Counted from the first letter of the stretch, positions 12,433 to 26,710 are shown. The stretch: 64,000 nucleotides of DNA from Octopus sinensis (GCF_006345805.1 NC_043004.1:74772001-74836000); one strand, 5' to 3'. The notes: generated by a model from the letters alone, not told the origin. Translations and numbers: made by a program.

Positions 12433-12594
12433 ATTATATACATGTATAATCTGCCCATGATTTAAGATCTCCTACTGGCATGTTTTTATTGATGAAATTC
12501 ACCTCTCTGTCTATATATCTACCCACTTTGTAATGATGGCAAATGGGATAATTATAAAAATGGACATTGTCATTTTAATTTTTAAAATTCCATA

Positions 12595-12682
12595 TGTGGC
12601 TGAAGATTGCTCTGCATTTTAAAACTGATGTAATACTTACATTTTTTAATTAAATGAAGTAGCATGAAACGAGTGTACTACA
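12595..12682 (+). ncRNA. Degenerate hammerhead-like motif
   Basis: TGTGG-CTGAAGA-(T)TGCT...AGCA(T)-GAAA-C GAGT G-TA-CTACA. The first stem II pair is mismatched and the helix III loop is not palindromic. Confidence 0.5.
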
Positions 12683-12797
12683 CTACCTTTGGATATCCTT
12701 GTTGCATATATTTGATTATAATCACCCCATTTGATTTACATGGATAATACCATACCAACTTCTGGTGCCTTTAACTTAAGTACCATATTCATCTGAA

Positions 12798-12829
<32 letters not shown>

Positions 12830-13661
12830 TCTTCTTCTCTCTCTCTCTCTCTCTTGTTATATTATATATATATATGTGTGTGTGTGTGTGTTGTGTGTGT
12901 GTGTGTGTGTCTATTGAGTGTTTGTTCCAGTAGAAAACTTTTTGACCCCAATCTGACTGATTCTCCTCTGGGTGACGCGGTCCTTGTTGTCCCAATCGAT
13001 GACCGATCTGGAATGAGTTTTGGCTTGTCATTAAAGCATTGAAGTGATCTGTTTGTGCATGGTTGACTTATTGACACGACATCGCTTCCTTCTTCTTCGA
13101 ATGGATATATTTGTCATATATAGACTAATATATCGAAAATCGCCTCTATTCGTTTGGTAGCAGTTTTCCTGGCATAGCTGTTTAGTGATCGTTTGAACTA
13201 AGTAACTAATTTGTTCTTTTCATTCGTTTGTGGCATTCGATTTGATTTTGTTTGGTTCGGCGTCGCTCGAGTGACGCGCTATTCTTTTATTTCCTGTATG
13301 TGTCAGTTTGTGTTGTGTATACATTGTTTGTGCTGGTTATCAATATTAACATGTGCACATGGATGCATGGGCAGCTGCATGTAAAGATAATTATTCAGTT
13401 TACGTAAATACTGTGTAAATTGTGTTTTTCCAGTGTTCTTGTTGCTGGTTTCGACTTCTCGCGGTTGTCGCATTGAGATATCGCGCATTTAAGAAAGAAA
13501 CTACACTTTATATAACAAAAGTCTTCCCGATTTATTAGCTCCTATGCTTTAAGAGAACTTTTCCCGCGTATTCTGAAGTTTTCCTTTCATTGCACCGACG
13601 TTATTGGAACAAGTTTGTTTTGTAAAGAGAGTTTCTTAGTATACGTTAATGTTGTTGTTAT

Positions 13662-13882
13662 TAACTGGCAGAAACGTTTGCATGCCGGGCGAAATGCGTA
13701 GCAGTATTTCGTCTGCCGTTACGTTCTGGTTCAAATTCCGCTGAGGTCGACTTTGCCTTTCATCCTTCAGGGGTCGATAAATTAAGTACAAGTTACACAC
13801 TGGGGTCGATGTAATCAACTTAATCCGTTTGTCTGTCCTTGTTTGTCCACTCTGTGTTTAGCCCCTTGTGGGTAGTAAAGAA
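13662..13882 (+). mobile_element. Octopus SINE (same family as 1284), followed by (TAT)n
   Basis: CTGGCAGAAACG...GGTCGACTTTGCCTTTCATCC...GGGTAGTAAAGAAAT. Confidence 0.9.
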
Positions 13883-13885
13883 ATA

Positions 13886-13931
<46 letters not shown>

Positions 13932-14169
13932 TTATATTGTTATCATTGTTATTATTATTATTATATTATTATATATTATTATTATTATTATATTATTATT
14001 ATTTTATGAACTCACAGCTTAGTTTCCTGGGTAAGATGGAAAGTGCCATCTGTCCACAGCCAGCAGACAAAGGAGACACTTTTTTACTGGTCTACGAAGA
14101 ATTCTTGATGTTGCAAGCAATGCTGATTTGCACAGGACAAACTAGACTGTTAGAAAGGAATAAATTCCT

Positions 14170-14530
14170 AACATAGGGCTACAACGAGTAAACTTAGATG
14201 TCAAGAAGCCTCCTAAATATCCTATTTGTCTCTAATAACATTGTTTTCTGAAGCTGTACTAACTAGATTTTACGCCTATTTCCTCTATCCATCTGTTCAG
14301 ACATCTAGGGACAGATCCCAATGCACCTATAACTACTGGGATACATTTTAGCCTCACTTTCAATAGCCTCTCTAATTCAGTGTAAGAGCCTGGTATATTA
14401 CTTTTTTTTTTCTATACTTCTCATTTTGACCTTTTCACTATGAAGTCAATTTTTGGCATTTTTCTATTCTCTTTATCTACCACTACTAAATCGGGGATTC
14501 TAGTTTGTATTGATCTGTCAGTTAATTCGA
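14170..14530 (-). mobile_element. R4/Dong-like LINE 3' end, restriction-like endonuclease fragment
   Basis: TDRSIQTRIPDLVVVDKENRK...CIPVVIGALGSVP...LQKTMLLETNRIFRRLLDI*, a typical PD-(D/E)xK REL C-terminus. Confidence 0.85.
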
Positions 14531-14589
14531 TAAACAATTACATAAATATCAGGAAACTAACTTGAGGAATTGATCACCACTTTTGACCC

Positions 14590-15900
14590 AAATCATGCAA
14601 AATTCTAGCGGGGTTCATAATGCCTGCTCAAGTTTTTACCAAACTTGGTATGCTGACTCAGTGCAATGCAGAAATAGTATATCTGAAATTTAAGCTTTCT
14701 AGGTGCAATTTCAGAGTTATCGGCTTTTTAAACTATAATCACAGGGTGGCACTAGATTCACACTTCAGTATTTCCATTGCCTAAATCCTTGTAAATATAA
14801 GGGAAATGTGGAATAAAAGTGTATCTCTACATTTTAAAGATTACTGTATTAAAAATTCTCTATGCAAATGTTCAGAGGCCACTACAAGTATTCGATAACA
14901 TATAAATTAAAAGCAATGCATATTTTTAACTTTATAGGTTTAATTTCAATTTTGAAAAGTGTATAGAAAAAGAGTGCTGAATGTTAGCAAATTTTTTAAA
15001 CAAATAATTAATGTTTTGTCAGATAAAGTAAATCGAAGCTGAAGTTTCTCCTTCTTTTTACAAACATCATAAAGATCTTGAAGGCACTTAATTGCCCGTT
15101 CTGCATTCTGATTTGTTCTAGGAATTTCCAGTTTTGATAGTTCTCGACTCCATAGATTTTTTTTTACCCAGTTCAATGCATTCTACCACATAAATTCTGA
15201 TAATCCTGTGCATTGAACATTTGGTCACTAAACCAAAATCTGCCCAGCTATAAGAGATGAATCGACAAACATTGAGAAACAAAGCTCTTGTTTCTGTTAG
15301 AGAAATGCCAAAAGAGCTAGTATGTTTTCGAGAATTCCATCTTTCATGTCATCTCGCCATCCTGCTGATTCAGTAATCTTTTCTTCACCATTGTTGAAAT
15401 TAGCCTGGTGTTTCTCCTAATTACCCTAATTACTTGAGATGACTTATTTTACCAAGTTTGTTATCCATTACAACACGAAGAACTCTATCAAATCCTTTTG
15501 AGCAAACAGTCTTTCCAACTGAGTGACAATGCCATTTCTTTTTCCAGTGGTCACACTCGTTGTATCAGCGGCAATCATCTTTATATAGTTTCATAAATTG
15601 TATTCATCTAAAACACTTGTTATTCCTTTCACAAGAGCATCGACTTTTCCCTTTGGTAATTGGAGTGCTTCTAACTTAATTTTATCTGTTCATTCTCTAA
15701 AACTAGCACTTGAATATACTTAGTCCTCAATACGTTTACCATTAAAATGCAATGACCACTTTCTAATATAGTGTTTTCTTCATTTTCTGTTATATTCACA
15801 TTTGACAGAGTTTTGATGGAAATATTCCACCAGTATTCCGTGGATTGGTGTTTATGAGTATTCCATAACAGAGGGATTTTCTAAGGTTTATTTCAGAACA
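14590..15900 (-). mobile_element. Degenerate DDE DNA transposase (hAT-related, hATm-like)
   Basis: WSLHFNGKRIE...KMIAADTTSVTTGKRNGIVTQLE and TNQNAERAIKCLQDLY resemble the recalled HxDGK / DTTxxNTG / NxxAERxxK motifs. Subfamily uncertain. Confidence 0.6.
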
Positions 15901-16251
15901 GTCTTTTTTGCGAATGGCATTGTAAATAGATTTAGCAACAACATCGTTCGCATAGGGAGGTAGTACCGTGACGAAATTTAAGGACAGCTGCTAATCACAT
16001 GCGTGATGTCTCCCACAGAAACCTGACATAAACACGCGGTTGCAACTTAGTATCACAAGAGCATCCACTGTCTCTCTTGTTCACCAGGTACTTTGTGGCA
16101 ATCTCCTGTTCCCGGATTGCAAGGCATAGCCTTCAAAGTGTGTGTCTGTATGCATATATACACAGTTGATAGATATATATGTGTGTGGGGGTCTATGCAT
16201 GTGTGTGTTTGAATATGTGTATGTATCAATGTATGTACCTATGTACATACA

Positions 16252-17802
16252 TCTCTCTATATATAAACGGCAGTTTGTCTGTCTGTTCTGTGTGTCTGTC
16301 CTTGTACCCTCACCCTGACCACGGCTTTCACCGATTCTGATGAAACTTGACACACACATAGCCCATGTCATAATTCAAACTAACGCAGCGAAAATTTTGA
16401 AAAGTTCCCCCAGTTCCCCCAGTTCTGAAAAAAATCGATAAATTCGACATGGGGTCGAGAATCTAAGCTTTTTATATGCAACACATTTTCTGTTGTAGTT
16501 TTCGTAACTTGCAATCGATTTTCACCAAACTCATGGTGAAGCTTAATGTTACCCTAAGAACTTAATTCTGACGTTAGTTTTCCATGCAATACCTTACCAT
16601 CAGAAAAAATCGATAAAAATCATGCCATTTTGGGAAATCGCGTTCAAATTCAAGATGACATATTTTCGACAATATCTTTCACAAATTGGCAGGAATTTTT
16701 TTTAAATTCACAGCGAGCATCATGTCTGCTCCAAGGAGCTATATGGCCCTTTTTATTCCAATAGGATACTTTATTACTGGAAAAATCGATTATTAAATCA
16801 TATGTGGCACACATAGCAAACCGATTTGTGTTTAAACACAAACCATAGACTGTCTAGGGGACGCAACTCGACCTTTTTAACTCTCTTACACTCTCAAATA
16901 AATATCAAACAGCTATCGATGATTCACCCCAACCAATTCCTATCAGGAAAAAATTACATTCGAGACTTTACCCCCAACATCTCCACTTCTGCTAATAGCT
17001 GCTGCAGCCGCAAGTTATTCGAATACATTTTTTGTTTAGACTTTCTTTATAACTACCACCCCAAACGTTTTAACCTTAATTTTTGACGTACCCTAAGGCC
17101 CTCGGACGCTACTTGCAACTATTGGTTTTTATAAGCCGCTTTTGTCGTGTGCACCAAAAAACCTTTTCCATTCGTTTGTTCAGTTTGGTCACTTTTCACT
17201 TTTTCGTTGTTGTCACTCACATTGCTGCCCGCTTTTTTGCCGTTTTGGTACATTTTTATACATTTTGGGATACTTACCCCACGTGTTCCTTTTTATTACA
17301 ACTTTTGCCAAACTCATTGTTTCCACCAAAATACTACTTACTCCACGTGTTCCTTTATATTACACACCTTTGCCAACACATTGCTATCCACCAAATGCCA
17401 TCCAAGAAGAGAAGGACCCTCTCAGCCCTCGGACGACCAAGGCATCGGCTACTAGGGCTTGAAGAGCACGCAAGACCCCGAGGAAACCGCCTTGCGCCTC
17501 TCGCAAAAAGCTTAAATCCCAAGGCCAAACGCTATAAGTTGCTGGGTTACATTTGGGGCGAACAGTGCTTCGCCCACGGTTCTACGTGGGCTGTTCACGC
17601 GTTGGGAGGCGCAATGATGTTTTAATGTTTTCGCCCAAAGGGCCGCTAGGAACATCGTATACACAGAAGTATTCGAGTGAAGAGAAGACATTGCAACCTA
17701 CACATGCGCCTTCGTTCCCTAGAGGGAAAGGACTAGATCGGGATTAGTCGTTGCCTACTAGGGGCTCTTACATACCTGGGCAACGCTGGGCTATGCTGCT
17801 AT
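16252..17802 (+). mobile_element. Non-autonomous Helitron, ~1.55 kb
   Basis: Starts A|TCTCTCTATATATAAA and ends with a CCTGGGCAACGCTGGG hairpin remnant plus CTAT|T (a degenerate CTRR). Inserted at AT with no TSD. Confidence 0.75.
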
Positions 17803-18723
17803 TATATACATAAATCGGATTTGCATGCTAGAAATAAGGGCCAAACCACACATTTGTCACATATGCACACAGGGTGAAAGCGAGGAAATGAGAAAATTAG
17901 ACCAACTTACCATTTTACAATTTAAAAATTGCAAAAGAATTGCAAATCTATCCATATCACGTGATTTCATGCTTTATGATAATAACTATCATTTAGTACT
18001 CGTTCAGTGCATAACACCGTATAGAAGGCCAGAATTATCCTCTCACCATGTGTGTATATAACCGTTTGAATGCCGTGGCAACTTCCAAAATCGATCGGAA
18101 GAATAACAATTATAAATACATGAAGATCTTTTATTAATAAAAAATAATAATAATAGTGATATGTGGCAACATGCATACATCCATATAGGAAAAATTATTT
18201 TAATTTAAAAATCGGGTAACAAAAATAGTACGTGTCAATGCTAGAAAATAAGAGTCAAAGCAATCAAACTACTTATATATCCTATATAGTATATAGTATA
18301 ATATATATATATATTATATAATATGTGGTCTAGTATAATACGGTTGGTTATAAATAACGATCAGAAGTTACCACATTAGTTTCAATGCATCACGCCTGCA
18401 ATTACACTTGGTACTCTGTCATAGTAGTGCGTTCTGGATATGAAATTAAACTTCATCATGTTGTGAGATCAAGTTCGGTAGTTCTGGCAGAGTGGGGAGC
18501 ATGAAATCACCCTTAAGTATCATTACTCCCAGGTTCATTCTGACCCGGTATGATAATATCTGTCGGGGTCATATCTAAATGTTATATTACTGGGACGGAA
18601 GAGCCTACCGTGGGAGAAGGCAGCTTTTCTAGAAGATACTCTGACATAACACTTGTAGACAGTTAGTTCCAGTCATGTTTTAATGCTTGTCACTGGAACC
18701 TACTATGGTAACCGGGACAACAC

Positions 18724-18937
18724 AAGGAGGTACTGAAAAGTTCCTGGCTTTTGGTAAAAGAAAATACAGTAGGATCAGTTAATTCTGATTTTATTCAATA
18801 CCTTCCGCTCTCAGATTCACACTTTCGTTGCAGCAGTCCTTAAGTTTTCTAAGTCCTGTAAAGAAACTGGGAAGGTTGGGGATTGCAACCAGGTCTTCGC
18901 GATACACTTAAAACCAGGAACTTTTCACCATCTCCTC
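18724..18937. mobile_element. Mariner-derived MITE
   Basis: TIRs GAGGTACTGAAAAGTTCCTGGCTTT / AAACCAGGAACTTTTCACCATCTCCTC. Confidence 0.75.
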
Positions 18938-19387
18938 ACTGCAAAAGTGTTGTATAAGTTTTTCTTAAGGTTAGGGTTAGGGGTATCTCACTATCATTTC
19001 ATTTCTTGATCCCTTCTGTATTTTATATAGTCTTATGGCGATAGACATCCACGCACTTGCAATGATGAAAGTAAATCAGAACAACCAGGCCGAGTGTGAG
19101 ACGATTATCATCAACAAGATGAAGCAATCCAAAATGAAGCTTCAAAGATTACACGAATCACATACGATATTGAAGTGCATTTGAGATTACAATTCCAACG
19201 GAAACTTAGATTATGCTGAGATGTTTAGGCCCATCTATATGAATTTTGGCTTAACATACACATCTTCGGATGTTTTGTGTACCCACTTCGTCTCAACAAA
19301 TAATCCTCAAACAATGTTTGTCAAACGTTTCGTTACTTTTCTCTCGAATTTCTCTCTTCCCTCTTTCTTCACATCTCACAAGCTCTG

Positions 19388-20175
19388 CTACCACGATTCT
19401 TTTACACTTATCCTTCAATCATTCATTCTCTAGTTTTCATCGCATTGAATAGTTTTCTAATGAAATACAACACACAGTGCGTATCAACACACATACTGAG
19501 CACTTGTGAGTACATTTAAGATGACAGTCTAACATGTATAGGCACAGATACAAAGAGAGATGCTGAGTGAGTGAGAAGAAAATGTATTTTATAAGTAATA
19601 ATTTTCCTGTTTACATAGAGCTCGTGTAGGAGCATGGCATGTTGGTTGGTATGTTAATCTAAACATTATAAGATCGTCATTTCGATCCCTGGACTGTTGT
19701 TTTGCTGAGTCTTTATTACATATTTTTCATCTTGCGTTGGTGGAATGACCTCTCACACCCCATCTACCAGTTCGTCGCTGTTCCTCTGGATAATGTGTGG
19801 TAGGCCAAGAGATTGTCTGTGTTTCTTGCTGACTATAGAGATGTCTAAATCTAGTAGCAAAATCATCTTACATGTCCCATGTCACACTCTCCTACGCGTG
19901 GCATATACTCTCCCTCCTCATTATCCTGTTAATTGATTATGGAAATTTATTACAATCAGGTTAATCATATAAGTAATGTTAATTAAAGTTAATTAAATGT
20001 TTAGTATTTTAATCATGTTTCTAATTATATGTTGAAGGATATGCACAGTTCTGATTTATGATTTAGAACAAGATTTTCCAGCTGCACTAGTTCTTATCCG
20101 CTCTAACAATTGAACAAAAAAAACCCAAATGCAACAGAATAATTGTGATATGTAAATTTAGCATGTTGCTTACAA
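19388..20175 (+). repeat. ~790-bp dispersed repeat, paralogous to 50201-51003
   Basis: Collinear blocks, e.g. TTGAATAGTTTTCTAATGAAATACAACA...GTGCGTATCAACACACATACTGAGCACTTGTGAGTACATT, TCGTCGCTGTTCCTCTGGAT and CTAGTAGCAAAATC. Confidence 0.9.
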
Positions 20176-21299
20176 TACTTCGTAGATAACTCTGGTGTTT
20201 TAATTTCGAACAATACATTACTGGTTGTTAATGCATGTGTTATTTGCAGTGTCCTTGAAGTGGCCAATTTTGATTACGGTTTCAAATGAGGTTAAATTGT
20301 ACGTGGACAGGTTTTAATTTTCAAAAATATCTTATGGCTTACTCCAAAGATATTCTATTTAAACAATAGAATATTGAATTTTTTTAATCAGATACATTTA
20401 TTAAATGGAATCACTAACAACTCAAAGAAATGAAATAGACAACATTATAAATGACGTTGAATAGTCGGTAATAATTACGTATATCTATAAAACAGTCCTT
20501 GGACGAAAATTGTATGCACATTTTGCTTTGACGGTAGTAGCTGTTGTAACTACATCACGGAGGCCAATAAGGGATCAATGTTAAACGATTTTTTTCTTTA
20601 GTTTCGTACCAAAAAGAAAAAAAATTTAAACCTCCAGCGCAAACTTCAAACAACTCGTCGACACTTTTATAACTGCTTTTGCATATGCAATATAACGAAG
20701 CAGGGGGAGAAGTAGTTATACACAACGCACTACTATTACACGAGACTCAAAGCTCTATACCGAAAGCTCTCAGTGAACGGTTACCAACACGAACTTCTGA
20801 CCACTCGACAGTTGTCTGTTTAACATTAATGTCCAGTCCACTTTTAATCACACTGGGGTGGTCGCAATCATTCGAGAACAAAAAATGATCTAGTATAAAT
20901 ACATAAATGTGTTTGTGCTTGCGCTTGCGTGCGAGTGTGGTAAGGAGAAAACTTACTCAGCTTACATAAAGCCAAAATATTAGAGGAGAGAAAGTGATGC
21001 AAATTTTTGTAATAAACTGCATCTGCTAACATTATGAAGTAACTCCGAGCCCTTGGAAGCAATATTATCGATAATGGCCGAAAATTGCGCTTGACACACT
21101 GGCGATAACTGAAGAGGAGTCGGTTACCTCCTCTGTTTCCTGTTTATCTGTGTATCTAGTATACGTTCGTATGTTAATTTATTACAATTTTTTTCATTAT
21201 ACACACACACGCACTTCTGTATACATCATAACATTTCTGTTATGATTCCTGATGGAATTCATTTGACTCATCTTGTTCTACAATGAACAGGGCTTACCT

Positions 21300-21990
21300 C
21301 TCTTGCGACTGTTTTTCAAAGTAAAACGTGTAATATACTCCAATGTTTGTTTTCTTGGAGTCAGAAATAGAAGTCAATAATTCTCTTACATTCTTATGCC
21401 ATCTAAAGGCTACAATAGGCGGCTGAGGAAATATCTGCTTGAAACGAGATTTTTTTGCCACATGCTGGTAACTTTCATGCAACACTTTTGCACAATAACT
21501 CTGTCACCATTCAGCCTCCAGAAAACTTGACTTTTGTGTACAAAAATTCAACGCTAGTTTTTGAAAAACTAGATGTAAATTTTAAGTTGGACTTAAAGCC
21601 ACAATTTCTAGCATAACAGTCACAAAAATGCAAGAAGTCCATTAAACTATCCTGTGATCCTTCCCAGACAAAACATACGTTGTCAATGAACCGTACCAGA
21701 GTATTGGTTCATGACCATGAAGGTATTTGAATGTCTTCAGTAACTGTGTCTCGAATTTCGTCATGAAGACATTAACGAAATTAAATGCCATGGGGTACCC
21801 TTGGCGCAACCCTTCGTGTGTTGGTAAACGCTTTGTCTAAACTTCATTGTGTTACTTTCTAACACAAGCCTCAATAATCTACATAGAAAATTTGAGGGAA
21901 TAATTTTGTTTGACCGCTTTCGAAGCATCCATGCATGCTTCTGCCCTTCATTGTGGTCAATATTGGGATATAAGGAAGAAACATCCATGT
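21300..21990 (-). mobile_element. Degenerate Penelope-like element, RT fragment
   Basis: MDVSSLYPNIDHNEG, LLRLVLESNTMKF..YQHTKGCAKGTP, RFIDNVCFVWEGS, KQIFPQPPIVAFR. Confidence 0.85.
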
Positions 21991-22254
21991 TTCTCGAAAC
22001 GGCCTCGGTGCTTAAAAAAGGAAGAAACATCTATGTTTCTCGACGGACCCTCGGTGCTTAAAAAAGTGTGATTGTTCTTAACTTACCATCGAAAATCACA
22101 TTAAGTATATATTAGGACGAATTGACCTGGGGATGAATTCATCAATGACGAATTGACCGAGGACAAATTAAGCAGAGACGAAATAATTGGGAGCGAATTG
22201 TCCTAGCACCCTTCAAAATATGCGTTAGAAAATATAATTATATTGAATTAATTA

Positions 22255-22916
22255 TTTGGAAGAAGGCAGTCTGGGTCAAATGCTTCTGTTGGCTGTCTCC
22301 ACACGTATACTTAGCCGGTGGTCAGACATAAGGTAAAGGATGACTCGTCCGAGAAAGTAATTCTTCCACTGCTCTAGGGACCAAACGCTTTGCAACGTTT
22401 GTTTTGAAAACAAGGTTTCTGATTGCAGCCCGCACGTGAAACCCGGCGTTGCGCAGCTCCCGGAGAACAGTTTTGTGGAAACTGGGTCTGAGGTAGTCCT
22501 TAAGCTCTGCAGTAATTTGGGGAGCTGTATTTGTGATCCTTTCAAACAATTTGCATTTTCTTCCGGAGTTTGTTTCGAAGGAGGTTCTTCCCCTTTTCTC
22601 AAAGGCGTCATTACTTTCGAGACAGTACTTCTTGATACACAAAACGTTTCGGCTGTTTTCGTTACGCTAGCGCCTGCCTATACGAGCATCAACAATTTGA
22701 TCTCTTTGAAAGTTCGATAGATTTGTTCATTTTAATGAACTTTAATTACTTTTTCTGATGATATCTGAAAAGAAACTACAATTTTAGCAAAGCATATTAA
22801 ACAACGCTAACAATAAATAAAATAATCATTAAAATAAACAAGTTTTTGACGGTTTTATAGATATTTCAGAATTATGAATCTAGATGCTAGGTGTTTCCAT
22901 TATTTGTCCAACCCTG
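22255..22916 (-). mobile_element. Tc1-like transposon, 5' half
   Basis: GRKCKL...NTAPQITAELKDYL...KTVLRELRNAGFHVRAAIR (Tc1 HTH), with a TIR CAGGGTTGGACAAATAATGGAAACACC at 22890-22916. Confidence 0.88.
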
Positions 22917-24369
22917 AATATATACGTATAAGCATGTATAAGGTGTGTATGTATATATATGTGTGTATATGTGTATGTATATACACACATACATTTGTAT
23001 AATTGTATGTATATGTATGATTACTATATTTAGTGAATTATTTAGAAATATTTATTCATAATCAATAATTATTAAGTAATATGATGCTAAAGATTTATTA
23101 CTCTAAAGTATATTGTGAGTAAATTAATCTATAACAACCGTTATTTAATTTCCATCACAATATATTATAATTCTATATTAGCTATAATTATTTTAAATAG
23201 TTTGCAGGATACAGGATTTTAATTTGCTAATAATTATAATTATAATATAAATTTATTCTATATTTTACTTTTATTTTATAGATGCATTATTGATCTGAAT
23301 ATATATCCAAGTATATATGTACATATATATGTATCAGAATATACGCATGTATCGGAGCAGCTACAGAAACAACCAAGTTGAGAAGCGTCAGCGGCGAAAG
23401 AAAAACACAGAAATGCCGAGCGCCGAGTTACCCTCTTGGTATGCAAGTAATGTGCAAAGAAGAAGATGCAAGAAGGGGAGCCCCTGATATGTTCGATTAA
23501 GTGACCTCTAAGCTAAATTGACCGTCTGCATAGACGAAAAGGGCCAATTATTATTGCATGTATGTATGTATGTATGTATGTGTATGTATGTATGTATGTA
23601 TGTATGTGTGTGTGTGTGTGGGTGTGTGTGTGGTGTGTGTGTGTGTGTGTGTATTTAAGTGTGGGACTTCAAATAATATGGCTTCTCCCTAGTTTTCTAG
23701 GGATTCTTTTGTAGTCCATGTTGATTTGTTTTGCAAATACATAAATATATATATATGCTTATACATTCGTGTTCTCTTATTTCTCTCTATATATCCTTAT
23801 ATATTATTTTACTGTTTACCCGTAGATGAATAGAGTATTATTATTATAATAACCCGTATTTTTTAATAATATGAAAGATGGAAGGGATAATTATCATTTC
23901 CCTATAGTATTTAAATATTTAAAAAAAATATTTTTAAAATATTGTTCCTTGTATTTTAAAATTCTAATGCGTTAAGATATATTTAGATTAAAATACTTAA
24001 TAGTATACAAGTATATTTTATGACCGTTATTTTTATTTTCATATTTTATTTATTATCTTCTTTATGGCTTGCTTTTGTTTTTATTTATTGACGTTCACAT
24101 TAGATAACATAAATATATTTAAATTCAGTCTTATCTTGGCTCTGTGAATCCTTATATATCAAAATTACGCTGAAGAGATTATTTTAATTTTATTATGGGT
24201 AAGTATCGAAACAATTGTATATCTCTATTTTCTATTCCTTTTTATAAATTTAATATAACCATGTGATTTGTAAGGATTTAATCTATAAGTATTCGGTATT
24301 TAACATGGAGTCAGTGAAGATTGGTGGTTACAGCCTTATTTTTTCCTCCTACACACACAACACACACAC

Positions 24370-24373
24370 ATAC

Positions 24374-24421
<48 letters not shown>

Positions 24422-24524
24422 TACATACACACAAAACATGTATATATATATATAAGCATATAAGTATATATAAACATATATATATGTACATATATAAAAA
24501 TATATATAGGTCCATATATGTGCC

Positions 24525-24555
<31 letters not shown>

Positions 24556-25160
24556 TATATAGATAATATATATATATATATATATACTATATATATATAT
24601 ATATATAACTATATAGATATACATATATATATAATACATAGCGGCATTATGTACACTTTGGTTCTCTTATATGCCAGTACATACATGCCATACATACATA
24701 CATCGTACATACAATACATCCAATACATAATACATACAAACATTACATACATACATACATACATATATATATATATATAGATATAATATATTATATATAT
24801 TACATAGCGGCATATGTACACTTTGTTCTATTATATGTCAGTACTACATGCATACATCATAACATACGTACATACATACATACATAACATACATACATAC
24901 ATACATACAGACATACAACATACATACATACATACAACACACCACATCATGCACAGAAAGATTGATGAATAAAATATGGAAAGGACATAAACGTATGTTA
25001 AAGTATATACACAAGCATACATCTGTGTATACATATATTCATGCAGAAATGCATTCATATATACACGTACACGTGCATACGAATATAGATACGAACATAG
25101 ATGCGTACATACATAACTAAATACATTCATACACATACAAGCGTTATGTGTGTGTGTATG
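24370..25160. repeat. Compound (TA)n/(TACA)n low-complexity tract
   Basis: Degenerate di- and tetranucleotide runs, with a short duplication TACATAGCGGCAT..GTACACTTTG. Confidence 0.9.
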
Positions 25161-26613
25161 CGCGTGTGTTTTTTACATGTTAACACAAAACGCTGTTAAA
25201 TATTCATGATGTCTTTATTTTCAGTATTGATTCGTTTCACACAAATCCATATGCACATTGCTAAGTTTCAATTCAAAACCAGCTAAGTAACATGGGACTT
25301 TGAATGTTGAATTGTTTTCCTTAGTTATGATGCATAAATTAGTATTTCTTCGCTTTAGTGTGAGAATATTGCCATAAAGTTGCAGTTTTTGTTACAAGGT
25401 CGACTATACCTTTTTATTCTTCGGCTTCGAAAAAGTATCATTATCAATTTCTCCTGGGCTCGTAAACACATAGAAGGGGAAATTCTTTGTTTCTAGTTCC
25501 TTTGGCTCCGCTTTTTTTGTGTTGTTCCTCATTTCTTTTTCAATCCATTGATTCTCCTTGAAAAGCTGATTTAGAATGGTGTTGTTTTGGTACCGGAATA
25601 GGTGGTTTGCTAGTTTTATCTTCCTTCTGTAAACTTTTCCTGTCTTCAATAGATAAATGGTCTTCCCATGCATCTTTGATGGAATACATTAGTGTTTTGT
25701 TTTGCATCTTTGATGGAATACATTAGTGTTTTTTTTATGGTGCTCTTCCTTGTCTAAATGGCATATAAAAAGCTGTTGGGAGAACCTTTTATTATAAATT
25801 TGCATCTTGCGGTTTAGCCGATGGTGGTAAATGACCAGATATTGTTGATTCTCTGGATACGGTTGCCCCTTGGCCAGTTCCATTGGTACCATCGGTCTCA
25901 ATAATGCTTTGGTAACAGATCATGCTATTCGGATATATGAATCTCTCTTTATATCTCTTATAATTCGATATTTTATAATTGATTTTTATGATTGTTGTTG
26001 TTCAACGGTCATCAAATTTAAAGTTTCATTATTTCGCTCTTCTCCATATTAACTCTCAGACTGATATTTCCAGCTTTGTTCCATGGTACTGAATTTCAAA
26101 TGGGTGATCGACATATCAAAGGAAAATGATGACATAATTTAATCAACAGTACCAACATTATCCTTGTCTACGCTGAAATCATTACGACTGTTATGCGCAT
26201 GCAGGAGGCATGTAATATAGAGTAATTTTGCCCGAAATCTCTCTGTATCTCTCTCTCTCTCTCTCTCAGAAAAATAATTATAGCGTTTACAATTGACATG
26301 TCAGATCTTATTAACTATGTTTAAAAGGAATGGTATTTCCACTTAAAAGAACGACAATAGAATATATATATATGCATTATTTGCCAAACAATTACTAATA
26401 TTGTAATACTAATTCCCATTGTCACTATTTTCTTTTTCTCCAAAACTTATTCTGTCGGTATCTTTTGCCGAACCGCTAAGTTACGGCGGCGTAAACACAC
26501 CAGCATCGATTGTCAAGCGATGATAGGGAGACAAACTCAGACGCACACATGCATATATATATTATATATATAAATAAATGAAAGAATGGAGTCGAACGAC
26601 GATTTAACAAAAT

Positions 26614-26710
26614 TCCTTTATTCTCGACATATGTTTCGAAGACTGCATATTCTCAATTCCGAAGGAATAAAGGGTGCATTATGCCGCCTCTCATCAGGAA
26701 AAAACAAGGA
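26614..26710 (-). ncRNA. Type I hammerhead ribozyme (left arm)
   Basis: Mirror copy of 27871-27967. Confidence 0.8.

Noticed and set aside
20940-21135. Possible minus-strand first exon (TCAGTT, GTAAGT donors, GAGGAG/CTCCTC hairpin)
   Set aside because: No TATA box, no signal peptide and no downstream exon could be linked.
21974-22210. Two 46-bp direct repeats and GACGAATTGACC mini-repeats (CRISPR-like at a glance)
   Set aside because: No unique spacers, eukaryotic context and no cas genes; TE-associated minisatellite.
24263-25136. Many 60-100 aa ORFs rich in YI, HT, CV or ER here and throughout the window
   Set aside because: They are translations of (TA)n, (CA)n, (GA)n and (TACA)n microsatellites.
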